Source: Halobacteriaceae archaeon (GTDB taxonomy: Archaea; Halobacteriota; Halobacteria; Halobacteriales; Halobacteriaceae). From it: a stretch of DNA of 55,018 bases. A program made the position numbers and the translations under genes. The stretch spans positions 1 through 55,018 of the forward strand of contig JBDGTS010000006.1 in assembly GCA_042216675.1 (NCBI GenBank). Reading direction: 5' to 3'. Positions within the stretch are counted from its first letter, which is position 1. The number at the start of each line of letters is the position of its first letter. Below the pieces are notes generated by a model. That model saw only the letters and a program-made list of their open reading frames with translations. It had not been told where the DNA came from and searched no databases. Shown here one piece after another: positions 39,391 to 49,771 of this stretch.

Positions 39391-39428
39391 CCGGCGGGTT
39401 TTTCCCGGCCGGCGCTGACGTGACGGGC

Positions 39429-40181
39429 ATGGACGACCACACCCGCGAGCGACTGCGTGCCGTCGGCGTCGCCGCCCTCGTCGCCGTCACCGGGTTCACC
39501 CTCGGCTTCGTGGTCCTCTTCGTGTTGGGTAACGTGCTGTACGCCGCCGGCGTGACGCTCACCGGCCCCGTGCAGTTGGTGTTGAGCCTCGTCGCTCTGC
39601 AGGGCATCGGCTTCCCGCTCACGGCCTTCCTCTACCTCCGGGTCAGGGACCTCCCGCTCTCGTATCTCGACTTCGAATGGCCCTCGCTCCGCGAAGTCGG
39701 CGTCGCCGTCGGGGGGTGGCTCCTCATCCTCGTGTTCATCTACGTCGCGGCCAGCGTCATCATCGCGACGGGCACGGAGACGGCGCAGAATCAAGCCGGG
39801 AAGACGGCGATGCAGAACCCCGAGTTCATCCCCTACCTCATCCCCCTCGTCTTCCTGTTGAACGCGCCGGGCGAGGAGATTCTGTTCCGGGGCGTCATCC
39901 AGAACTCCCTGCGCGAGCACTTCGGCTCGGCGGCGAGCATCCTCCTCGCGGCGTCGATGTTCGCACCGGCCCACGTCATCGCCTTGCTGGGGTCGTGGCA
40001 GGCGGTGGCCGTGAGCATCTCGCTTCTGTTCATTCCGGCCGTCGTCTTCGGGGCCGTCTTCGAGTACACCGACAACCTCACCGTGCCGTCGCTGTGTCAC
40101 GCACTCAACAACTCATTCATCTTCCTGCTGGTGTACGTGTCGGCGACGGCACAGAACGGGTCGGCGCTGTTCGGACTCTGA
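39429..40181 (+). CDS. CPBP family intramembrane metalloprotease
   Basis: PGEEILFRG, FAPAH, CHALNN motifs in a multi-TM protein. Confidence 0.9.
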   Translation: MDDHTRERLRAVGVAALVAVTGFTLGFVVLFVLGNVLYAAGVTLTGPVQLVLSLVALQGIGFPLTAFLYLRVRDLPLSYLDFEWPSLREVGVAVGGWLLILVFIYVAASVIIATGTETAQNQAGKTAMQNPEFIPYLIPLVFLLNAPGEEILFRGVIQNSLREHFGSAASILLAASMFAPAHVIALLGSWQAVAVSISLLFIPAVVFGAVFEYTDNLTVPSLCHALNNSFIFLLVYVSATAQNGSALFGL

Positions 40182-40472
40182 CTACTCGTCGGCGGTGGCG
40201 ACGGGACCCACGCCGACGACGTCGCGGACGGCGCCCTCGAACTCGTTTCGGCTCTCGAAGTAGGGCACGTCCACCTCGTCGAGGATGGCGTCGAGTTCGC
40301 GCGGTCCCTCCGGCGTGCGAATCTCCACGTCACCCTCGCGGCGGCGGACTTCGCTTTGCTCCATGCCCCACGTGAGACGGCTGGCGACCCGGGCAATCGG
40401 CGCGCCTTCGACGTCCGGGCCGGAGCCGAGTTCGACCGCGGGCTCCTCGGATTCCTCGCTCTCGTCGGCCAT
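40182..40472 (-). CDS. Small acidic hypothetical protein (DUF5789-like)
   Basis: 96 aa acidic ORF, RLTWGMEQSEVRRREGD..IRTPEG…YFESR. Confidence 0.75.
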   Translation of the reverse strand: MADESEESEEPAVELGSGPDVEGAPIARVASRLTWGMEQSEVRRREGDVEIRTPEGPRELDAILDEVDVPYFESRNEFEGAVRDVVGVGPVATADE

Positions 40473-40573
40473 ACGGCGGCGTTCGGCAGGCCCGCCCCTA
40501 TTCCTTTCGATACGGCCGGGGTATGCCCCGCGTCTGACACAGATTTTTCACGCCGGCGGCCGAGCGTCCAGAC

Positions 40574-41452
40574 ATGACCAGCCTCGCCGACGCGTACGAC
40601 CAGCGGGCCGGGGAGGTGAGCCGCCGCCGACTCTACCTCGGCACGGGACTGTTCGTCGGCGGGGCGCTCCTCGTCGTCGGCGCCCTCTTCGCCGGCGGGA
40701 CGACGGCGCTCTCGGCGCTCGGCTTCTCGCTCGCCGCCGCGCGGGAACTCGCGGGCGTCCTGCTGGGACTGGGCCTCCCCGCCGTCTTCCTCGGCATCTT
40801 CGTCGTCCTCCCGGCGAGCACGCTGTACCGCGCCGCCGCCGCCGTCGGCGCCGGCGTCGCCGTCCTCGGCGTAATGTTGTTCCGCTACGCCTACCCCGAC
40901 CGTTGGTACACCGCCAGCGGCGCCCCGACGGACCTCACGCTCCTCGTCGGCCTCGTCTACTTCGTCGGCATCATCACCACCTTCTGGTGTCTGTTCACCG
41001 CCATCGCGACGTTCAAGCGGCGCAACGACCCCGGCGGCACCGTCTCGCTCACCTTCACGGAGAACGGCGAGACGCGCACGGTCCGCGTCGCCGCGGAGGA
41101 CGCGGACGCGGCGCGACAGGCCATCGGCGGCGGCGCGGGTGGCGTCGGCGTCTTCGGCGGCGTCGACGAACCCGAGGCGACGGGCACCACCGACGGCGGC
41201 GCGGCGACGCGGGACATCCGGGCGCCGGGCGCCGACGGCGGCGAAGTGCTCGAAGACGACCCCGAACCGACCTCCAACCCGTCGCAGGCCGACCGCTACT
41301 GTGGCAACTGCTCGTCGTTCCAGTACGTCCGCACCGACGCCGGCATCCAGCCGTACTGTGGCTTCCACGGCGAGCAGATGGACGACATGGACGCCTGTGA
41401 GGAGTGGACGCCCAACGCGGAGTCGGACGACGGTGGCGTCGACCGCCTCTAA
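40574..41452 (+). CDS. 4-TM membrane protein with C-terminal Cys/His metal-binding motif
   Basis: Four TM segments, a Gly/acidic linker, then DRYCGNC..F…PYCGFH…MDACEEW. Confidence 0.8.
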   Translation: MTSLADAYDQRAGEVSRRRLYLGTGLFVGGALLVVGALFAGGTTALSALGFSLAAARELAGVLLGLGLPAVFLGIFVVLPASTLYRAAAAVGAGVAVLGVMLFRYAYPDRWYTASGAPTDLTLLVGLVYFVGIITTFWCLFTAIATFKRRNDPGGTVSLTFTENGETRTVRVAAEDADAARQAIGGGAGGVGVFGGVDEPEATGTTDGGAATRDIRAPGADGGEVLEDDPEPTSNPSQADRYCGNCSSFQYVRTDAGIQPYCGFHGEQMDDMDACEEWTPNAESDDGGVDRL

Positions 41453-41883
41453 TTCAGCCGTTCTCGCACGTCGTCCCAGTGGCTCCCCTTCCAGAAGTGC
41501 TGTCCGCAGTCCCGACAGCGCCAGACGGCTTCCTCCGCGGGGCCGGGCGCGTAGTCGGGTGTCTCCCCGCCCTCGACGCGTTCGAGGCGGCCGTTGCACG
41601 CCGAACACCGCGACGGCTCCGAGAGCGTGCAGTCGTAGCCCGCCGCCGCCAGTTCGCGGAGTTGGGCGACGGGGTCCATCGCCGTCAGCAACACTGCGCG
41701 CTCGGTCCGCGCGGCGAGGCTCTCGTCGCGCGTCACCAGCACACGGTCCTCCGCACGTGCTGTCGCCAGAATCTCGTCGTCGGCCTCGATGCCCCGGTCC
41801 AGCGCGTACGCGGTGTCGTGGCCGCACATCCGCAGGTAGGTGGCGAGTTTCCCACACATCACGTCCGCGAGGAACTCAGCCAT
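41449..41883 (-). CDS. Mut7-C (PIN-like) RNase domain protein with Zn ribbon
   Basis: FLADVMCGKLATYLRMCGHDT, DDEIL, RVLVTRD, RCSACNG…CRDCGQHFWKGSHW. Confidence 0.92.
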   Translation of the reverse strand: MAEFLADVMCGKLATYLRMCGHDTAYALDRGIEADDEILATARAEDRVLVTRDESLAARTERAVLLTAMDPVAQLRELAAAGYDCTLSEPSRCSACNGRLERVEGGETPDYAPGPAEEAVWRCRDCGQHFWKGSHWDDVRERLN

Positions 41884-43612
41884 CGAGGAAGGCCCGCAGG
41901 CCGTCGGCGTCCCGGGCGTTCAGCACGTCGCTGGTCTCGGCCCAGCCGCGTCGGGCCGTGTGGACACCGTAGGTGACGGTTCGGTATTCGCCGGGCGAGT
42001 GCGCGTCCGTGTTGACGGCGACGGGCGCGCCGGCCTCGACGGCTTCGCGCACGCCGTCGCCACCCAAATCGAGGCGGTGCGGGTTGGCGTTCACCTCCAG
42101 CGCCACTCCCTCCTCGGCGGCCACCGCCGCGAGTCGGCGCGTGTCCACGTCGAGGCCGGGTCGGCGCGTGAGCAGGCGCCCCGTCGGGTGGCCGATGACG
42201 TCCACCTCGGGGTGGCGCGCCGCGGCGACGAGTCGGTCGGTGCCGTCGCCCTCCAGTCCGCTGTGTGGCGACGCGACGACGAGGTCCAGAGCGGCCAACA
42301 CGTCGTCGGCCACCGAGATGGACCCGTCGGCCGCGACGTTCGCCTCGACCCCGGCGAACACCGTCACGTCCGCGCCGGCCGCGGCCTCCCGGACGGCGTC
42401 GAGTTGCTCGCGCAGGGCGTCGTCGCCGAGGCCCACGCCGCCGACCATCCCCGGGCCGGCGGCGTGGTCGGTGATGCAGACGTAGTCGTGACCGAACGCG
42501 GCCGCCCCGTCGACCATCTCCGCGATGGAGGCGTCGCCGTCCGACCAGTCCGAGTGGACGTGCAGGTCACCCCGGACGTCGCTCTCCGCCACGAGGTCTG
42601 GGAGAGAACCCGTCTCGGCGGCCGCGACTTCGCCGCGGTCCTCACGGAGTTCGGGCGGAATCCAGTCGCAGTCGAGTGCCTCGTACACGCCGGCCTCCGT
42701 CTCGCCCGCGACCCGCTCTCCGACTCGTTGGCCGGCGTCCGGGTCCGGCACCTCGGCCACGTCGAAGACGCCGTACTCGTTGACCTTCAGGTCGCGGTCG
42801 ATGGCGTGGTTGCGCAGGCGGACGTTGTGCTCGCGGCTCCCGGTGAAGTACTGGAGCGCGGCGCCCCACTCCGAGGGCGCGACGACGCGGAGGTCCACCC
42901 GCTCGCCCGCGACGCGGACGGCGGCCTTCGTCTCGCCGGCCTCGATGACCTCGGCCGCTCGCTCCCAGTCGGTGAACGCCGCGACGACGGCCGTCCGGTC
43001 CGCCGCGGCGGCCAACACGTCCACGTCGCCGCTCGTCTCGCGCCACCGGCGGAGCGACCCGGCCACCTCGCACGTCTCGACGGCGTCGACGGTCCGGAGG
43101 TGCGCGAGGGCGTCCTCCGCGAGGGGCCGGGACTCCCCGAGCAACGTGCGCTCGCGGGACCGACGCGCGAACTCGATGCCCTCGCGGATGTTGCGCTCGG
43201 ACGTCTCGCCGAAGCCCTCGACGCCGCGAATCTCGCCGTTCTCGGCCGCGCGTTCGAGGTCGTCGAGGTCCGTGATGCCCAACGCCTCGTACAGTTTTCC
43301 CACCGTCTTCGGTCCGACGCCCTCGACGGCGGTCAGGCCCGCCACGTCGACGGGCAGTTCCTCGCGGGCATCCTCCAGCGCCTCGATTTCGCCCGTCTCG
43401 ACGTACTCGGCGATTTTGTCGCCGATGCTCTCGCCGACGCCGTCGATGTCCTGCACGTCGCCGTCGGCCACCACGTCCTCGATGGGGCGGGGATGGTCCC
43501 GAACGTTCTCGGCGGCGGTCCGGTAACTCCGGGGGCGGTAGTCGTCGCCCTGCGCCGCCAGCAGGTCGGCGTACTCCTCGAGGCGGGCCGCCACCTCCGC
43601 GTTTCGGCTCAC
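41876..43612 (-). CDS. polX: DNA polymerase X / PHP 3'-5' exonuclease
   Basis: HhH GVGESIG / GVGPKT, AGSLRR..ETSGDVDVL (DxD), RVDLR, YFTGS; PHP motifs DLHVHS, TDH, GHPTGR, NTDAH. GTG start overlaps the upstream stop. Confidence 0.95.
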   Translation of the reverse strand: MSRNAEVAARLEEYADLLAAQGDDYRPRSYRTAAENVRDHPRPIEDVVADGDVQDIDGVGESIGDKIAEYVETGEIEALEDAREELPVDVAGLTAVEGVGPKTVGKLYEALGITDLDDLERAAENGEIRGVEGFGETSERNIREGIEFARRSRERTLLGESRPLAEDALAHLRTVDAVETCEVAGSLRRWRETSGDVDVLAAAADRTAVVAAFTDWERAAEVIEAGETKAAVRVAGERVDLRVVAPSEWGAALQYFTGSREHNVRLRNHAIDRDLKVNEYGVFDVAEVPDPDAGQRVGERVAGETEAGVYEALDCDWIPPELREDRGEVAAAETGSLPDLVAESDVRGDLHVHSDWSDGDASIAEMVDGAAAFGHDYVCITDHAAGPGMVGGVGLGDDALREQLDAVREAAAGADVTVFAGVEANVAADGSISVADDVLAALDLVVASPHSGLEGDGTDRLVAAARHPEVDVIGHPTGRLLTRRPGLDVDTRRLAAVAAEEGVALEVNANPHRLDLGGDGVREAVEAGAPVAVNTDAHSPGEYRTVTYGVHTARRGWAETSDVLNARDADGLRAFLDG

Positions 43613-44043
43613 CGCGGCCCCCGCGCGGCCGTGTCCTCGTCGCGACCCAGCGCCTTCTTGAGGAACGTGAACCACCGCTTCGTGTCCGCCGCCTCCGAGC
43701 GCTCGGCCTGCGACTGGAGGTCGGCCTCGCCCAGACTCTCCAGCGCGTTCAGCGCCCGGTCGATGCCGATGATTTCCGCCGCGAGGTCCTCGCCGGCCGC
43801 GAAACTGACCTCGCCGTCCTCTATCTTTTGCCTGCGTTCGAGGCGGGCGCGGCGCAGTTTCTTCTTCGCCCACTCCACTCGCTCGCGGGACTCGCCGCCC
43901 TCCGACGACCGCACCTCGAAGACGAACTCCTCGAGGGGAAACGGCTCCCCGTCGAGTTCAATCTCGGCGGGCACCGAGGCGCCGACGGTGGCGGCCTCTC
44001 GGTCCACCCGTTCGAGCAGTTGCTTCCGCTCGTACTCCTTCAC
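43609..44043 (-). CDS. Conserved archaeal helical protein (DUF5788-like)
   Basis: (V)KEYERKQLLERVDREAATVGASVP…IIGIDRAL…DTKRWFTFLKK. GTGA-coupled to polX. Confidence 0.8.
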   Translation of the reverse strand: MKEYERKQLLERVDREAATVGASVPAEIELDGEPFPLEEFVFEVRSSEGGESRERVEWAKKKLRRARLERRQKIEDGEVSFAAGEDLAAEIIGIDRALNALESLGEADLQSQAERSEAADTKRWFTFLKKALGRDEDTAARGPR

Positions 44044-44126
44044 GACGCGACGTACGGGACGCGGAACCAAAAGCGGTACCCCGAGACCCCAAAACGCTTT
44101 GGCGCCCCCCAACTACGTCGGGCGTA

Positions 44127-45038
44127 ATGGCGACGTGTGACCGGTGCGGCGAACAGGAGTCGATGCCGTACCAGTGTCGGATGTGCGGCGGCACGTACTG
44201 TGCCGACCACCGACTGCCCGAGAACCACGACTGTCCCGGGCTCAACGAGTGGAACGACCCCGAGAAGGTGTTCGACAGCGGCTTCGACGACAGCGTCGAG
44301 GAGTCCTCCGGCGGGGGCGTGGCGTCCGCCCTCCCCTCGTTCGGCGGCATCGCGGGCTACTTCCGCGGCAACGTCACCTACGTCATCCTCGCGCTGATGT
44401 GGTTCACATTCGTCGCGGAACTGCTCGTCCTCGAGTTCGCCGCGAACGGCGGTGAACTGTTCAACACGCTGTTCGTCCTGCGCTCGGGCCACATCGCCAA
44501 CGTCTGGACGTGGGTCACCTCCGTCTTCGCACACAACCCCTTCGGCTTCTTCCACATCTTCGTCAACAGCCTCGTCCTGTACTTCTTCGGCCCCGTCGTG
44601 GAGCGTCGGGTCGGCACGAAGAAGTTCACGGCCCTGTTCCTCGTCGCCGGCGTCGCGGCCGGCCTCGCGCAGGTCACCACCGCGGCGGCGATGGGGTCGG
44701 CCAGCGGCGTCCTCGGTGCGAGCGGCGCCATCGCGGCGGTGCTGGGCGTCCTCACCGTCCTCAACCCGAATCTCCGAATCTACCTCTGGTTCGTCATCCC
44801 GATGCCGCTCTGGGTGGCGACGGCCCTGTTCGCCGGCTACTCCATCCTCGTGAGTTCGTTCAGCGGCATCGGCGCGGGCGGCGTCGCACAGGTGGCCCAC
44901 CTCTCGGGACTGGCCATCGGCCTCGCCTACGGCTACTACCTCAAGAAGCAGGGCGAGAGCGCGCCGCGGAAACTCCAGTTCGGCGGCGGCCCCGGCGGCC
45001 CCGGCGGCCCCGGCGGCCCCGGCCGCGGACGCATCTGA
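44127..45038 (+). CDS. Rhomboid intramembrane serine protease with N-terminal AN1-type Zn finger (RhoII type)
   Basis: CDRC…CRMCGGTYCADHRLPENHDC; HIFVN, GASG (Ser), AHLSG (His); Gly-Pro tail. Confidence 0.95.
   Translation: MATCDRCGEQESMPYQCRMCGGTYCADHRLPENHDCPGLNEWNDPEKVFDSGFDDSVEESSGGGVASALPSFGGIAGYFRGNVTYVILALMWFTFVAELLVLEFAANGGELFNTLFVLRSGHIANVWTWVTSVFAHNPFGFFHIFVNSLVLYFFGPVVERRVGTKKFTALFLVAGVAAGLAQVTTAAAMGSASGVLGASGAIAAVLGVLTVLNPNLRIYLWFVIPMPLWVATALFAGYSILVSSFSGIGAGGVAQVAHLSGLAIGLAYGYYLKKQGESAPRKLQFGGGPGGPGGPGGPGRGRI
44985..45020 (+). repeat. 4 x 9-bp coding tandem repeat GGCGGCCCC (GGP)4 in the rhomboid tail
   Basis: Read directly from the sequence; encodes GGPGGPGGPGGP before GRGRI*. 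Confidence 0.85.
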
Positions 45039-45039
45039 G

Positions 45040-45855
45040 ATGGACCTCGAACGCCCCGCGTTCGCGCCCGACCCGTCGCTCTCCGACGCCGAGATGAAGG
45101 CGCTCCAGCGAGACATCGCCCGGTCGGCCGCCTTCACGGACCACCTGTCGTTCGCCCCCGACGACGTGACGCTCGCGGAGACGCTGGCACTCGACGCCGC
45201 CCAGTCGGGGTTCGGCGACGGACCGGTCGTCGCGGGCGTCGACCAAGCGTTTCTCCCCGACGAGGAGGTGGCCGTCAGCGCCGTGGTCGCCATCCGCGAC
45301 GGGCGCGTCGTGGAGCGAGCGGTGGGCCGCGCCCCCCTCGAAATCCCCTACATCCCCGGCCTGCTGGCGTTCCGCGAGGCCGGCGCCATCTTCGACGGCG
45401 TCCGCGCTCTCGACGTCGACCCGGACCTTCTCGTCCTCGACGGGAGCGGGCGCATCCACTACCGGCAGGCTGGCATCGCCACCCACGTCGGCGTCGCCTT
45501 CGACTGTCCGGCCGTCGGCGTCGCGAAAAACCTCCTCTGTGGCGAGCCACGGGCCTCGCTTTCCGAGCCACTGCCTGAGGGCGCCCGCGTTCCCATCGAG
45601 GCCGACGACGAGGTTGAGGCCGTCTCGACGGCCGGCGAGTGGCCCGTCGTCGGCCACGCCTATCAGTCCCGGCAGTACGACGACCCCACGAGTCGGCACG
45701 TGAACCCGCTCTACGTCAGCCCCGGTCACCGGGTGAGCGCCGCGACGACAGTCGAACTGGTGGGGGCGCTCGCCGCCGGCTACAAGCTTCCCGAACCGAC
45801 GCGGCTGGCGGACGCCCACGCGGATGCGGTGACGACTCGCGAGAGGCAGGATTAA
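45040..45855 (+). CDS. nfi: Endonuclease V
   Basis: VAGVD, PYIPGLLAFRE, LVLDGSGRIH…GIATH, GVAK, PLYVSPGH, KLPEPTRLAD. Confidence 0.96.
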   Translation: MDLERPAFAPDPSLSDAEMKALQRDIARSAAFTDHLSFAPDDVTLAETLALDAAQSGFGDGPVVAGVDQAFLPDEEVAVSAVVAIRDGRVVERAVGRAPLEIPYIPGLLAFREAGAIFDGVRALDVDPDLLVLDGSGRIHYRQAGIATHVGVAFDCPAVGVAKNLLCGEPRASLSEPLPEGARVPIEADDEVEAVSTAGEWPVVGHAYQSRQYDDPTSRHVNPLYVSPGHRVSAATTVELVGALAAGYKLPEPTRLADAHADAVTTRERQD

Positions 45856-45880
45856 CACGCCGCCGGGAGAGAGGGGGGAT

Positions 45881-46695
45881 ATGCCCGATTACACGGCGCT
45901 CGTCACCGGCGCGTCCTCCGGCATCGGCCACGCGACGGCCGAGGCGTTCCGGGACGAGGAGTGGACCGTCTACGCGACGGGACGCGACCCCGACGACCTC
46001 ACGGAACTCGCGGAGAGGGGATGCGAAACGGTCGAACTCGACGTGACGGACCCCGAGGAGTGCAAGGCGGCGATCGAGCGCGTCGCCGACGAACAGGGCC
46101 GCATCGACGCCCTCGTCAACAACGCCGGCTTCGCGCAGTTCGGCGCCGTCGAGGACGTCCCGCCGCGCCGACTCCACCGGCAGTTCGACGTGAACGTCTA
46201 CGGTCCCCATCGGCTCTGCCGGTGGGCGCTCCCGCACATGCGCGAAGCAGAACGGGGTACCGTCGTCAACGTCTCTAGCTTCCTCGGTCGCATCACGATT
46301 CCCGGGAGCGGGGCCTACGCCGCGTCGAAGGCCGCACTGGAGTCCATGAGCGACGCGCTCCGGGCGGAGGTGGACGCCTACGACGTGGACGTGGTGCTGG
46401 TCGAACCCGGCCCCGTCTCGACGAAGTTCAACGAGCGCGTGGCCGAGGAGGTGGACTTCGACCGCACCGGCGCCTACGAGTACATCTACGACGCCGTCGA
46501 GGACCGGCAGTCGATGGGGGACCTCGCTTCCATCCCGCCCTCGGAGGTGGCCGACACCGTCGTCCACGCCGCCACCTGCTCGGACCCACAGCCCCGGTAC
46601 CCCGTCGGCGAGGTGGCGAAGGCCGGTCTGCTGGCCCGCCACGTGCCGGACCGCTGGCGCGACACGGCGTTCGGCCTGATTCGGAGGGTCCTCGA

Positions 46696-46699
<4 letters not shown>
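45881..46699 (+). CDS. SDR family oxidoreductase
   Basis: TGASSGIG, NNAG, NVSS, YAASK, EPG. Confidence 0.94.
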
Positions 46700-48015
<1,316 letters not shown>

Positions 48016-48024
<9 letters not shown>

Positions 48025-49029
48025 GCAGGCCGCACAGACCCGGAGCATCTGCTCGCCGCGCACCTCGTCGGCGAACAGGGGCACCCGCTTCACGTCGTGG
48101 TCGCGGAACAGGTCCTGCGCCGCGCCGAGGGCCTCCTGTTGCACGTCCCAGCGGCGCTGACAGAAATCACAGTGTTCGAGGTCAGGCGAGACGAACGGGT
48201 CCGTGTCGACGCCCGTCACGTCCGCGAAGTCCTCCATCACGCGGTTGACGACGACGGTGCCCACCGGAATCTCGAAGGTCCGCAGCTGCTCGCGGAGGCG
48301 ATTGGACTCTCTGACGCTCATCTCCTCGGGCACCATCACGATGCGGAAGTCCGTGAGCGCGGGGTCTCGGAGCGTGCGCCGCAGTCGCTCGACGCGTTCG
48401 CGCACCTCGTCCAAATCCGGGCCGGCCGCCGCCTCCTCGTCGCCGCCGACGCCCGGCATTCCGTCGAGCAGGCCGCTGAAGCGCTCTCGCATCTGCACGA
48501 TGCGCCCCATCATCGAGTCCATCATCTCCGGCAGTTCGAGGAGGCGGAGCGTGTGGCCCGTCGGTGCCGTGTCCACGACGACGCGCTCGAACCGCTCGTC
48601 GTCGAGGTAGCGCATCAACTGCTGGACCGCCGCCGCTTCGTCCGCGCCGGGCATCGCGCCGCCGAGCACGCCGTCGTCGCCGCCGAGCAGCTCGCCGAGG
48701 CCGCCCATGCCGCCGACCTCGCCGCCCTCTCCGAACAGCGCCGCCTCCTCCATCGCCTCGTCCGGGTCGATTTCGACGGCGTAGAGGGGATACTCATCGT
48801 GAACGGGGGCGGGCCGTTCGGGCACGTTCCGGTCGAGCGTGTCGGAGAGCGAGTGTGCGGGGTCCGTCGAGACGACGAGCGTCGGGGTGCCGGCTTCGGC
48901 GCTCGCCAGCCCCGTCGCCGCGGCCATCGTCGTCTTGCCGACGCCGCCCTTCCCCCCGTACAGCACGTAGTCGGGGGCCTCCGGTGCCGTCTCCAGCGAC
49001 TCGACGGCTTCGACTTCGAGTTCGTCCAT
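48016..49029 (-). CDS. Get3/TRC40/ArsA family ATPase (single domain)
   Basis: GKGGVGKTT, STDPAHSL, DTAPTGHTLRLL, Met-rich insert, CDFC. Confidence 0.92.
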
Positions 49030-49073
49030 GGTCGGCGTAGCCGGTCACGCCCCGTTTATCCGTCGGTCCGGGG

Positions 49074-49733
49074 CTACATCTGGCTGCCTTCCTCGTGTGG
49101 CTGGATGACGACGAAGCCCTCGGACCCGGTGAACGCCATCTGGATCGTCTCGCCGGACGTCTGGCCGATTTCCAGTTTCTTGTTCGTCTCGAAGGACGGC
49201 GAGAGGGCGGCGCTCCACGCCACCGTCGCGTCGGGGTCGGTGGTGACGGGCGGCGTCACCACCAGCGGGTCGCCGTGGGTGGAGAGCGCCACCTGTCCCG
49301 GCCCGCTGAGGTACACGTTCGTCAGGCCGCCGGCCGCCGCCTCCGAGAGGTTCCCGATGGTGTTGATTTCGTACTCGACGCTCGCCTCGAACGCGAGGAT
49401 GTCGTTGCCGTTGACCGAGATGGACTCGTCGGCGTCGAGGTCCAGCACTTGGACCTTCTTCCCGCGGTCCGCCACGTAGAGGTGGCCGTGCCCCTCCGCC
49501 TCCATGATGGGCGTGCCTTCGCTCGTCACCGCGTCCTTGACGAAGCCAGTCAGGCCGCCCTCGGCGGATGCCTTGCCGGTGAACGTCACGTCGCCGGTGT
49601 ATGCGATCATCGACCCGGCCTTGACCTTCACCGTGCCGTCGATCGGCACGTCGAGCAGTCGGTTGTTCTCCTTCTGGAAGCCGGACTCGCCGCCGTCGGG
49701 TGCGTTTGCCTTCGTGAACGCTTCGAGTTCCAT
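49074..49733 (-). CDS. AIM24 family protein
   Basis: KAGSMIAYTG, VTSEG..MEAEG.G.LY.A, VNGNDILAF, GGL.N..L.G.G.VA, SGE..Q..F.G…V.IQP.E. Confidence 0.85.
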   Translation of the reverse strand: MELEAFTKANAPDGGESGFQKENNRLLDVPIDGTVKVKAGSMIAYTGDVTFTGKASAEGGLTGFVKDAVTSEGTPIMEAEGHGHLYVADRGKKVQVLDLDADESISVNGNDILAFEASVEYEINTIGNLSEAAAGGLTNVYLSGPGQVALSTHGDPLVVTPPVTTDPDATVAWSAALSPSFETNKKLEIGQTSGETIQMAFTGSEGFVVIQPHEEGSQM

Positions 49734-49771
49734 GGGAGAGTGTTCTGGGAGCCGACAGTTAAGGCCTGCCC

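Noticed and set aside
39390-39413. Hairpin with T5 loop after nreA as a bacterial-type terminator
   Set aside because: The T-tract is in the loop and sits ~26-30 bp before the next ATG, so it could equally be a TATA-like box. It cannot be assigned from sequence alone.
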